From positions 1-41,284 of the IMG/VR virus record IMGVR_UViG_3300037722_000457: a stretch of DNA of 41,284 nucleotides; one strand, written 5' to 3'. The position numbers and the translations under genes were made by a program. Positions 7,678 to 15,825 of the stretch are shown piece by piece. Position 1 is the first letter of the stretch. The number at the start of each line of letters is the position of its first letter. The notes beneath the pieces were generated by a model. The model worked only from the letters and a program-made list of their open reading frames with translations. It was not told where the DNA came from and did not search any database. Source of the stretch: a virus. Its lineage: Duplodnaviria; Caudoviricetes.

Positions 7678-8344
7678 CGTTCGTCTCCTCGCTTTCCGCG
7701 GTCGTTTCCACTATTCGCTCGACAATCCCCGCATCGAGGCCCCAATCCTCGCAAAATCGGTACGCCTCGGCTCGTCGGCGCGTTTCCGGGAGCCCGCGAA
7801 TAGCGGCGACCAGCTGGAGGAGGGCCTCGTCCCGGTCAGCGTCCGCATCGTCCGGATCAAAGGCCCGATCTCCGGGTTGAATGTCGTACCCCGCTGAACG
7901 CGCGGCCATAATTCGCTCGGCGAACGGAGCATAGGTCCCGACGATCTCCTCCAACTTGTCGTCGTCCACCTCGTGTAGGCCCTGTCGCGTTTCGCTGAGG
8001 TGGTCGTCGATCTTCCTTGCGAGCCTCCACGCGGCGTACGGGAGCGTCACCGACCCGGCGTTGTTCGCCATCCAGGTGCTGACGTGCATCCTCATCCGAT
8101 GGTGGGCGAACGTCACGAACTTGCCCTTATCAGGTTCGTAGCGCTCTACCGCATCAAGCACTCCCTCCCAGGCGGCTTGCGCTATGTCCTCCAGGTCCGA
8201 GTGGGACCACCCCGACTGCTTGCGAACCATCCCGACGACGTACGGTTGGAAGACTCGCACAAGTTCGGCGAACGCGGTTCGGTCGCCGTTTCGAGAACGA
8301 GTGGCGAGGTCGTCGATACCGACTTGTTCCTGCTCAGTAATCAC
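7658..8344 (-). CDS. sigma70-family RNA polymerase sigma factor; region 4 apparently degenerate
   Basis: Region 2: DRTAFAELVRVFQPYV...DLEDIAQAAWEGVLDAVERYEPDKGKFVTFAHHRMR. C-terminus LPETRRRAEAYRF is followed by a short acidic tail. Confidence 0.85.
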   Translation of the reverse strand: MITEQEQVGIDDLATRSRNGDRTAFAELVRVFQPYVVGMVRKQSGWSHSDLEDIAQAAWEGVLDAVERYEPDKGKFVTFAHHRMRMHVSTWMANNAGSVTLPYAAWRLARKIDDHLSETRQGLHEVDDDKLEEIVGTYAPFAERIMAARSAGYDIQPGDRAFDPDDADADRDEALLQLVAAIRGLPETRRRAEAYRFCEDWGLDAGIVERIVETTAESEETNDVSDSD

Positions 8345-8514
8345 TCCTCATCATCCGCCTGCGTTTCTGCCTGGGCGAAAGCCTCGGAAAGGGCCTCGAC
8401 CGTATCCGGGTCCTTGACGGCTAGCTGGAGCGCATCCTCTCGACTCATGAGCACGCTCGTACGCGCATTGCCCCGCCTGTTCTGATAGTTGCTGACGATA
8501 AACCTCGCAGCCAT
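8341..8514 (-). CDS. 57-aa hypothetical protein (MAARFIVSNYQNRRG...)
   Basis: Hand-translated; fills the gap exactly, overlapping the polA stop and the sigma start. Confidence 0.7.
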   Translation of the reverse strand: MAARFIVSNYQNRRGNARTSVLMSREDALQLAVKDPDTVEALSEAFAQAETQADDEE

Positions 8515-10265
8515 TACTTCGCCTCCCCGTACCTATTCGCCACTGAAACGTTCACCGTTAGCGGCGGGATGAACTCGTTGTGCGTCATGGCGACTTCTAG
8601 CGCTCGCTCCGCTTCGGGGACCTGGGCGTTCGGGACCTCCAGAACCAGCTCGTCATGCACCGTCAAGCGCATGTAGCCGCCCCAGCCTTCCTGGTCGAGG
8701 TCGATCATCGCCTGCTTCATCATGTCGGCGCTGCCGCCCTGCACGAGGGAGTTGGCCAGGTCCTTGAATATCGCAACCTGTTGGCGTCGGCCGTTAATCA
8801 CTTGCTTGGTAAGGACTAGTTTTGGGCGTTGGCGCCGGCCGCCCCATGTGCGGATGTACGGCTCGTCGAGCATCCCACGACGACGAGCCTGCAATTCGCA
8901 CGCTCGAGTCAGGTTCTTGATTCGGTACTGATCGTGGAATCGGTCGTACATTTCCGACCAGTCGTATTCGCGCAGCGACGGGATCAAATCGTGATAGCCG
9001 AATCGGATCGCCATTTCGACGCACTGAATCCGGAGCTTCTTCGGGCCCGCCCCGTAGATGCTGCCCAGCATGATCATCTTACCGACTTGGCGAGGAACGC
9101 CGAGGAGGTCGCCGACCTGCTGGTAAATGTCGTCGCCGCTTAGAAACGCCGCTCGCATGTTCTCGTCGTCAGCGTAGTGTGCGTACAACCGCAGCTCCAT
9201 CTGGTTCCAGTCCGCTACGACGATCTTGGACTCGGGCGCTGCCACGAAGATGTCTCGAAGTACGTGGCCGCGCGTAATGTTCTGGAGGTTCGGGTCCGAG
9301 GACGAGAACCGACCCGTCTTGGTACCTAGTTGGTTAAACCACGGATGCAAACGACCCGTTTGCTTTACCATCTCGGCCCACGGATGCAGATACGTTGAAA
9401 CGGTCTTGTGCGCATCGCGATACGTCAGCAGCGTTCGTGCCAGCTCGTCGTCCATCTGCATGAGCGTAACCGCCCGGGTATCCGGGACTTCCACTCCGCG
9501 CTTACGGAACGCCGCCGTTACCTGGACGGGCGACCTCGGATTCAACCCCGGCGCTATTTCCTCCAGCGTAGCCTCGGCTTCCTCCATCGCGATTTCGTAA
9601 TCCCGAGTCGTCGATTCCAGGAGGTCGTGGTCCACCGTTAGGCCGACCCGCTCCATTCGGTACAAGATGGGGTGCAATCGCTGTTCGCGCAGGAGGGCCT
9701 CGGACGCCCACGGGATACGCGGCATGAACAGGTCGTACAGTTCGCCGGTGATTATCGCATCGTTCCCGCCGTACTGGACCAGGAATCGAATCGGGACGTT
9801 CTCCCAAGTCCAGCCGTTGTCCCTCATCTTCTTCTTGAGGGCCGCCTGCGATGCGCCGGCGTCCGCACGAAGGTATCGGGTTGCGAGGTCCTTGAGCTTT
9901 CCCGACGTTCGCTCGTCCACGAACCGAGCGAGCCACAGTGTATCGTAGACTCGCTCGGGTTCGACTAGGTCGACTACGTCGATGCCTACGTTGGCGAGCG
10001 CGTGCATGTCGAACTTGACGTTATGGCCCACGACGCGCTCGGCACGCTCGAAGAACCGACGAATAACCGGGAAATACGGCGCCGTCACCGGGATCACGAC
10101 CGCTTCCTGCCAGGGTCGCCACGAGAACTGGACGATCCGCGGCTTATCGACGGTGTTGCGAACCTCCAACCCGGTCGTCTCGGTATCGAACGCCACCATC
10201 GACGGGTCGATCCGAGCGAGGTACTCGGCCGCTTCCTCGGGCGACTCGACGAGGACGGACAACAT
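8514..10265 (-). CDS. polA: family A DNA polymerase with 3'-5' exonuclease
   Basis: Exonuclease FDTETTG, HNVKFD, YGGNDA; polymerase TGRFSSSDPNLQNI, ADWNQMELR, RQVGKMIMLGSIYG, VHDEL; ATG at 10265. Confidence 0.95.
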   Translation of the reverse strand: MLSVLVESPEEAAEYLARIDPSMVAFDTETTGLEVRNTVDKPRIVQFSWRPWQEAVVIPVTAPYFPVIRRFFERAERVVGHNVKFDMHALANVGIDVVDLVEPERVYDTLWLARFVDERTSGKLKDLATRYLRADAGASQAALKKKMRDNGWTWENVPIRFLVQYGGNDAIITGELYDLFMPRIPWASEALLREQRLHPILYRMERVGLTVDHDLLESTTRDYEIAMEEAEATLEEIAPGLNPRSPVQVTAAFRKRGVEVPDTRAVTLMQMDDELARTLLTYRDAHKTVSTYLHPWAEMVKQTGRLHPWFNQLGTKTGRFSSSDPNLQNITRGHVLRDIFVAAPESKIVVADWNQMELRLYAHYADDENMRAAFLSGDDIYQQVGDLLGVPRQVGKMIMLGSIYGAGPKKLRIQCVEMAIRFGYHDLIPSLREYDWSEMYDRFHDQYRIKNLTRACELQARRRGMLDEPYIRTWGGRRQRPKLVLTKQVINGRRQQVAIFKDLANSLVQGGSADMMKQAMIDLDQEGWGGYMRLTVHDELVLEVPNAQVPEAERALEVAMTHNEFIPPLTVNVSVANRYGEAK

Positions 10266-10621
10266 CAGAGGACCTCCGACAGGAACGTTTCGTAGTGAAT
10301 GACCGTTAGAGGAGTATGGTCCGTTATATTCGGATAGAACGTTTCGAGCGCTTCGCGAAGTTCGTCTTTGGTGCGAAGGCCGTCCCGCTCGTATCGCCCC
10401 ACTAGGTCGGGAGAAATCTGATCGAACGTCGCACCGTGGACCACTTGGTGGGCGACAGCGTACGCCTTGACGCCGGTATCGGTTTCGAGTCGTATCACTC
10501 CGGGCTCCATGTCGTGGTACTTCGCCGTTAGGCGCACCGTAATGTGCGGCCCGATAGTGAGGGCACTGGTCGCGTTGGGGCCGGCGAACTCGATTACGCG
10601 GGCGGGAACTGGGTCTTCCAC
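10265..10621 (-). CDS. ASCH (PUA-like) domain protein
   Basis: HITVR ... TFDQIS...ERDGLRTKDELREALETFYP...LTVIHY resembles the ASCH C-terminal pattern. Confidence 0.7.
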   Translation of the reverse strand: MEDPVPARVIEFAGPNATSALTIGPHITVRLTAKYHDMEPGVIRLETDTGVKAYAVAHQVVHGATFDQISPDLVGRYERDGLRTKDELREALETFYPNITDHTPLTVIHYETFLSEVL

Positions 10622-11058
10622 TCGTCATACCTCTTTATATCTCGGAGCACGAAAGCGGGGTGCCAAACGTGCTCGTGCTCGATCTTTCGTTCCAGGAGGT
10701 TGTGGTGTGCAACCTTCCCCAAAGCGACGACGGTCCCCGTCGCCTCAGCCAATTCCGCCTCCAAGTAAGGGAAACACGCCGCGCGCTCGTACCATTCCGG
10801 GTTTCGATTACCCGGCGGCCGACATCGAACGCAATTGGTGATGAACACCGAATCGTGCCCGAGTTCCGTTAGTACCTTGTCGAGGAGTTGGCCGCTGCGC
10901 CCGACGAACGCCGAGCCTTGCTGGTCCTCGTCTCGCCCGGGGCCCTCTCCGACCAAGACGAGGCGAGCAACAGCGGGGTCCGCACCGCGCGGTGCGACGA
11001 CGTTCGTACGCGTCGCCGCTAGCGGGCATCGGACGCAGCCAGTCACTTCCATTTCCAT
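10594..11058 (-). CDS. family-4 uracil-DNA glycosylase (4Fe-4S)
   Basis: CVRC, GEGPG, FVGRSG, TNCVRCRPPGNR, WHPA. Confidence 0.92.
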   Translation of the reverse strand: MEMEVTGCVRCPLAATRTNVVAPRGADPAVARLVLVGEGPGRDEDQQGSAFVGRSGQLLDKVLTELGHDSVFITNCVRCRPPGNRNPEWYERAACFPYLEAELAEATGTVVALGKVAHHNLLERKIEHEHVWHPAFVLRDIKRYDEWKTQFPPA

Positions 11059-12332
11059 AACAGATCGTTCTCAGCGGACTTCCGAATCTCGATTAGGTCG
11101 CGAACGAGGAGCGTGTCCTGGAGGTTCTTGGCGTCCCAAGCCGACAGCGACATGCGACGTACCACGACAGAACGCTTCATCTCTCGGCGCGAGCTCTGGC
11201 GCAAAATACTCTCGACTTCCTTTACTCGTCGCTCCAACAAATTTGCGCCGATTTCCTCGCGCATCACCAGGAGGTCCTCGACCGTGGTTTCCATAAGGTG
11301 GGCGGCTCGCAGAACGTCGATCAACTGGACGGTCGCCGTCTTCCCCTCCCGCGAGAGCGCATATAGTCCGGCGATCTTGACGATATGCCACAGCGCTCGG
11401 CCCTTGATAGCGCCCACCACGGTATCGTCCGAATGTACGTCCTTCTGGAACTCCGCATCGAATCGGTCGATTCGGTCCAACGCCTCATCGGATATGCTCA
11501 GTATCGTCTTCTCGAACTCGACGGAGTCGCCCTCGAACTTGACGGCGACGCCGCCGCATCGGTGCTCCATAACGTCCGCTAGAAAGGCTTGCAACTCGTG
11601 CTGCATTTCCTCCCACTTGTCATGTTTCGCCAGCCGCTGGCCGAGAGGGACACGGTGGCCACGAACCGCCTCCCGAACGTCGAAGATGATGAATCGGGGC
11701 AGCAATCCCGATTGTAAGTCCTCAGCGTTTAATACCTCGACCAGCGGTTCTGGCGTGCTCGCCGCGAACACGTTTACGAACGCTCCGCGGTCCGAATCAA
11801 CATTCGATCCGACTCGTGCGATATGGACGGGCGAATGGTCGTATGCCTTCATCAGCGTCTTGTCGAACCCGCTCAGGTACGAACCTTGTTTACGAACGAC
11901 CTGGAATAGGCCGGCGACTTCGTCCACGGAAAGAATGATCGGCGCTTCCAATTTACCGGCCTTCGCCATCTCCTTGTTGAACGCTTGAATCGAAACATCG
12001 TCCAGGAACCGAACGATGTTCTCGTTCGTGCGAGCGTTGCGCGGGAGGAGGTCCCGGACGAACCCGAGAACCGTCGTCTTACGCATCGTCGTGGACGGCC
12101 CGACCAGCATGATGTACAGGTTCATGTAGACCGGACGAGTGCCGAAGAACGGCGGCAAGGCCACGACATCGCCGGCGGCTAGGGAAAGCGCCTGCAAAGC
12201 AGCGGCGTGTAGCCCGTACGGGGCGGCGTCCGTCTTCATAGCGGCCCATTTCTCGAACTTCGCAACGAAGCCGTTTTCCGGCGTCGTCTCGACGATCTTG
12301 CGCTCCTCGGCGCTGATAAACTCGATACGCAA
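11043..12332 (-). CDS. DUF3987/YfjI-like P-loop NTPase (primase-associated helicase)
   Basis: NLYIMLVGPSTTMRKTT, VDEVAG, SGLLPRF; directly follows the primase. Confidence 0.75.
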   Translation of the reverse strand: MRIEFISAEERKIVETTPENGFVAKFEKWAAMKTDAAPYGLHAAALQALSLAAGDVVALPPFFGTRPVYMNLYIMLVGPSTTMRKTTVLGFVRDLLPRNARTNENIVRFLDDVSIQAFNKEMAKAGKLEAPIILSVDEVAGLFQVVRKQGSYLSGFDKTLMKAYDHSPVHIARVGSNVDSDRGAFVNVFAASTPEPLVEVLNAEDLQSGLLPRFIIFDVREAVRGHRVPLGQRLAKHDKWEEMQHELQAFLADVMEHRCGGVAVKFEGDSVEFEKTILSISDEALDRIDRFDAEFQKDVHSDDTVVGAIKGRALWHIVKIAGLYALSREGKTATVQLIDVLRAAHLMETTVEDLLVMREEIGANLLERRVKEVESILRQSSRREMKRSVVVRRMSLSAWDAKNLQDTLLVRDLIEIRKSAENDLLWKWK

Positions 12333-12338
12333 ATTTGG

Positions 12339-13175
12339 TCAGTCCTTGTGGTATGCGGATCGGAGTGCGTGGACCACTTCCGAATCCGACAACGGCGGAT
12401 CGCACCGCCTAGCTCCCGTCACCAAGATGGGTAGGGCATCATCGAACCCGACTCCACACGACTTCAGGAAACGTCCGACGACGTACGCCTTACGCGCTCG
12501 ATCGCCCTCGCCAACTCCGTTCAACCATTCGCCAAGGACTTCGTGCGGACGGGTCACGTCCATGTTCATCAAACGGTCGAGCGTTACGCCCTCGGCCTGC
12601 GCAAGCCCTGGAAGGTCGAACTGCGCCACCGCCACCCGGTCGTTCGACGAGGACAGTAGCCGAGAAACGTCGTCGCGCTTGGCGTTGATAATGCCCGGAA
12701 TTCGCAGCACCCGTCGCGGATCGTGCACCGACTCGTCGCCGATGCCGCGCTTCGCCAATTGGCGAATAACGTCTCGCCCCCCCTTCTCGGGAACGGGCTC
12801 CTCCAACCGCCAAATAGCCTGCCACCTCGGACCCTCAGCGCTAGCACTCGTGCGCACTAAGGTCGTCGGGCTCGGCCATGCGGGATGGTCCCAAGCGGGG
12901 TCAGCGCCGAACGGCCACGGAGCTGCCGGGTCGTCCCGGTCGAGCCAGATGCGGTCGTAAACGCCGGCCTCCTGAGTCTCGCGACTAAGGACGCTCGAAT
13001 AGAGGTTGAACCCGCGCGACTCGAAGGCGCCCAGCGCTTCCAGGACGGTTTCGCGATCCTTTGGCCAGGCGAAGGTGTTACGCCTCGCCCGGCCGTCAAG
13101 GACCGCTACGACCTCGAAATGAGCGCCGTCGTCGTATAGGTGCCCGAAGAATCGGGATACTTGCTCCGCATCCAT
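12339..13175 (-). CDS. RepB-type (AEP superfamily) DNA primase with PriCT-like C-terminus
   Basis: IWLDRD, PTTLVRTS...WQAIWRL, DPRRVLRIPG; C-terminal GEGDR...CDPPLSDSEV. Confidence 0.8.
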   Translation of the reverse strand: MDAEQVSRFFGHLYDDGAHFEVVAVLDGRARRNTFAWPKDRETVLEALGAFESRGFNLYSSVLSRETQEAGVYDRIWLDRDDPAAPWPFGADPAWDHPAWPSPTTLVRTSASAEGPRWQAIWRLEEPVPEKGGRDVIRQLAKRGIGDESVHDPRRVLRIPGIINAKRDDVSRLLSSSNDRVAVAQFDLPGLAQAEGVTLDRLMNMDVTRPHEVLGEWLNGVGEGDRARKAYVVGRFLKSCGVGFDDALPILVTGARRCDPPLSDSEVVHALRSAYHKD

Positions 13176-13684
13176 CAGAACGGGAGGTCGTCGTCCATGC
13201 CGGCCGCCTGCTTCTCGACCGACTCCACGAACTCGTCGGTGGGCTGGAAGAACGCCTTGATAGTCTCGCGCATCACGGGCTCGCCCGTCGATGCGTCTAC
13301 CATGGGCGCTCCGCTCTTCCACCGCTGCTCGTGGTCGACTTCGATACCGACCGCCGAACCGAGAATCGCCTGAGCGATAGCTCCGGGGATATCCTCGGGC
13401 GAGGTACCCGCTGCGATATCGGGCTTGGTCGCCTGGACCAACTCGGCAATACCGGCCGGGGCCGCCAGGGCCTTCTCGCTGAACGAAGAATTACGCCAAA
13501 CCTTACGGCCCGCGTACTCGTCGTCGTGCAGGGTCACTTCGAGGTTCAGGTACGGGCCCTTCTGCCCGTCGCGAACCTCCACGTTGGTGATGACGCCGTT
13601 GTAGAGCCCGAAAGGAACGAGTTCACCGCTCCATTCGGCCACGTCCATGGCCATGAGCTCGTCGAGCGTCGGCAATGCTGCCAT
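13175..13684 (-). CDS. single-stranded DNA-binding protein-like (DUF669-type)
   Basis: P.G.Y...I..VE...YAGRKVW pattern; acidic DDDLPF C-terminus; AAGGAGG RBS. Confidence 0.8.
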   Translation of the reverse strand: MAALPTLDELMAMDVAEWSGELVPFGLYNGVITNVEVRDGQKGPYLNLEVTLHDDEYAGRKVWRNSSFSEKALAAPAGIAELVQATKPDIAAGTSPEDIPGAIAQAILGSAVGIEVDHEQRWKSGAPMVDASTGEPVMRETIKAFFQPTDEFVESVEKQAAGMDDDLPF

Positions 13685-13703
13685 TACGTTGACCTCCTTG
13701 TGG

Positions 13704-14501
13704 TCAGTGTGCGATTCCGAGGACATCGAGGATGTCCGCAAAGGTCGGGTCCCGCAGGAAGTCCGGCGGGTTGCTTCCAACCGGAGCACGGACCTTTGCT
13801 ACGTACTTCCCGGTTGGCTTGATCAGCATGTTGCGAACGATGGTGGGCTCCTTTACGTCCTCCACCGACTCGTCGGCGACAGCCTCGGCTCCTTCTGTGG
13901 CGACCTCGCCGCCCTTACTCGTCGCCGCATACATATACCCGACGACATCCATGAACCCCGGCAGCTCGTCGGCGAGGGTCGGCGACAACCTCGGGCGAAT
14001 CTTGACTCGCCCCGTCATGTCGTCCTTATCCTCGCGCTGGAGCGCTGTGATGCAAACGTGCATGTCCAGGTCTCGGAATCCGCGCGCAATCTCGCGCATG
14101 ATCCCAACCAGCCGGCCCCACTCCGGGAATAGCGGGTTAAACTCGTCTCGGCTCTGGTCGTTCGTCACGACGCGGCGCATAATCTCCTTCAGGATTGCGT
14201 TCTGCGTCTCGGTGAACGAATCCAGGACCACCGACTGGTAAACGCCCGGATTAGCCTGAAGGTACTTCAGCGCCTCACGATACGTTCCCAACCCGGTCAC
14301 CTTCGCAACGTCGATCTGCGACCGGTCGGCGATGGAGTTGGTTCCGCCCTCGGACTCCAGCCACAAGATAGGCCTCGGGGCGGTCGAGGCGAACACCGTC
14401 TTACCGACGCCCGGTTCCCCGTAGACGATTACCTTCGCATACTGGTCTCGATCTTCGAGTTTCGAGATGTCCAGTGTTGCGACCTTATTCGCTTCCGTCA
14501 T
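13704..14501 (-). CDS. AAA_24/Sak4-like ATPase (recombination)
   Basis: YGEPGVGKT Walker A, VVLDSFT Walker B; located between the nuclease and the SSB. Confidence 0.85.
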   Translation of the reverse strand: MTEANKVATLDISKLEDRDQYAKVIVYGEPGVGKTVFASTAPRPILWLESEGGTNSIADRSQIDVAKVTGLGTYREALKYLQANPGVYQSVVLDSFTETQNAILKEIMRRVVTNDQSRDEFNPLFPEWGRLVGIMREIARGFRDLDMHVCITALQREDKDDMTGRVKIRPRLSPTLADELPGFMDVVGYMYAATSKGGEVATEGAEAVADESVEDVKEPTIVRNMLIKPTGKYVAKVRAPVGSNPPDFLRDPTFADILDVLGIAH

Positions 14502-15420
14502 TATCCTCCTCCAGGTCGGCGTATCGTTCGTATGCGTCCGCACGCTGGAAGCCCGCCGACGCCTCGAGCGCTTCTTCGATTTCGTATCCGGCGTGAATCA
14601 GTTTGCACGGAGTCGCAAAGTCATTCCTCCACGACCCGCAGCAGTTATCGACCTGAGCATAAACCGCTCGATTCGGGTCGAATCGCTCCGCCGCTACGGT
14701 CTTGAACTCTTTTAGTCGATATAGCAGCTCGTTTTTGGTAAGGCGAACGATCTTCTCGGCGAAATACGGCGGCTTGGACCGACCGCTCGGAACGATTTTT
14801 CGAGCGAACCGATACGCCATCTCGGTCGGGCGCTCGTCGTACAAGGCGAGGCAAGCGAGCTGGTAGTTCCCGTTCGCCTCCGACAACTGATACCCGGTCA
14901 TGTCGAGCGGGATGTTCTTCGCCGTCTTGAAGTCCACGATACGCAAACGTCCCGTCTCCATGCTTCGCTGCACGAGGTCCATCCGAACCGGAATCGCGGC
15001 GACTGCGCCCGGGACCTGAATTAGGTGCGAAACTTCGACTTCGACGGTGGCGTATCCGTCGTCGATGCCCGTTTCCTGACGCCAGTACCAATATCCCGCC
15101 ACCATCGACCGGAGCATCCCGCGGTCCTTGTCAGCGGTAAGGAGCGCTTCGGCGTATCCAGACATGCTCGGGTTCGCCGCCATAATTGCGCTCCAGCGTT
15201 CAGCGGCGAGCGCTTCCAGATGGTCGAGGGTAGCGTCGAGGGAAGCGAAGTCGGTTTTGTAAGCGTGCTCAATAGCGCCGTGATATAGGATACCCACAGC
15301 GAGTCGGCGCCCCGGTATAACGCGACGATACCCGAGGTCGTACACCATGAAATGAGCGAGGCGACACTGCTTGAACAAGCGCTCCTCGCTCGCCGATAGA
15401 ACCTGTGATGTGATCGTCAT
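14485..15420 (-). CDS. PD-(D/E)XK (RecB/Cas4-like) exonuclease
   Basis: LSAS...C, G...H, RMDLV...IVDFKT, YQL; probable ATG at 15420. Confidence 0.85.
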   Translation of the reverse strand: MTITSQVLSASEERLFKQCRLAHFMVYDLGYRRVIPGRRLAVGILYHGAIEHAYKTDFASLDATLDHLEALAAERWSAIMAANPSMSGYAEALLTADKDRGMLRSMVAGYWYWRQETGIDDGYATVEVEVSHLIQVPGAVAAIPVRMDLVQRSMETGRLRIVDFKTAKNIPLDMTGYQLSEANGNYQLACLALYDERPTEMAYRFARKIVPSGRSKPPYFAEKIVRLTKNELLYRLKEFKTVAAERFDPNRAVYAQVDNCCGSWRNDFATPCKLIHAGYEIEEALEASAGFQRADAYERYADLEEDNDGSE

Positions 15421-15430
15421 TCTAACCTCA

Positions 15431-15459
15431 TACATGACGCGGCGACGTTCCCAGTTTAC
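15431..15459 (-). promoter_or_regulatory. class M motif GTAAACTGGGAACGTCGCCGCGTCATGTA heading the replication operon
   Basis: Second of three copies. Confidence 0.8.
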
Positions 15460-15489
15460 GTTCGCCGGCGCGTTTCGATTTCGGGTTCG

Positions 15490-15696
15490 TTACTCGCAGT
15501 CGGGGCAGTCGCTGCCGTCGGCGAGGTAATGCGCGCTGTCGCAGGTCGAGCAGTAGGCGGCCAGCTTCCTGAGGTCGGCGTCGTAGAGATCAGCGAGCTT
15601 CTCTACCGACCGCTTCACGTCGTCGGCTACCCGCGGCTCAAGACGACGCTGAGCCTCTCGAATCTCCTCGAGGACGCGCTTCTCTCGCTTGGTCAC
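15490..15696 (-). CDS. small protein with C-terminal Cys cluster
   Basis: CSTC...CPDC; GAGGGG RBS. Confidence 0.7.
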   Translation of the reverse strand: MTKREKRVLEEIREAQRRLEPRVADDVKRSVEKLADLYDADLRKLAAYCSTCDSAHYLADGSDCPDCE

Positions 15697-15727
15697 GGTC
15701 AGCCCCTCTCGATGTGGACGGTCCCGC

Positions 15728-15760
15728 CTATGCCGAGTTCGTGGTCGTGGTGTTGTTCAT
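15728..15760 (-). CDS. putative leaderless 10-aa minigene MNNTTTTNSA
   Basis: ATG lies 7 nt after CGTGG-TATCCT; shares its start context with the gene at 31752. Confidence 0.45.
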   Translation of the reverse strand: MNNTTTTNSA

Positions 15761-15767
15761 GTCGTAA

Positions 15768-15778
15768 AGGATACCACG
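15768..15778 (-). promoter_or_regulatory. class E promoter CGTGG-TATCCT
   Basis: About 30 nt nearly identical to the site at 31741-31770. Confidence 0.75.
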
Positions 15779-15825
15779 TCCCACACGTTCGTGGGCAGCT
15801 AGCAACGTGAACTTTTCGCGACCTT

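Noticed and set aside
5494-7803. 769-aa plus-strand ORF, and other long plus-strand ORFs such as 28823-30028 and 11113-11988
   Set aside because: These are antisense shadows of well-supported minus-strand genes in high-GC DNA, with no recognisable motifs.
14485-15420. Cas4 or CRISPR system
   Set aside because: There is no repeat-spacer array or other cas gene; the nuclease sits in a standard nuclease-Sak4-SSB recombination module.
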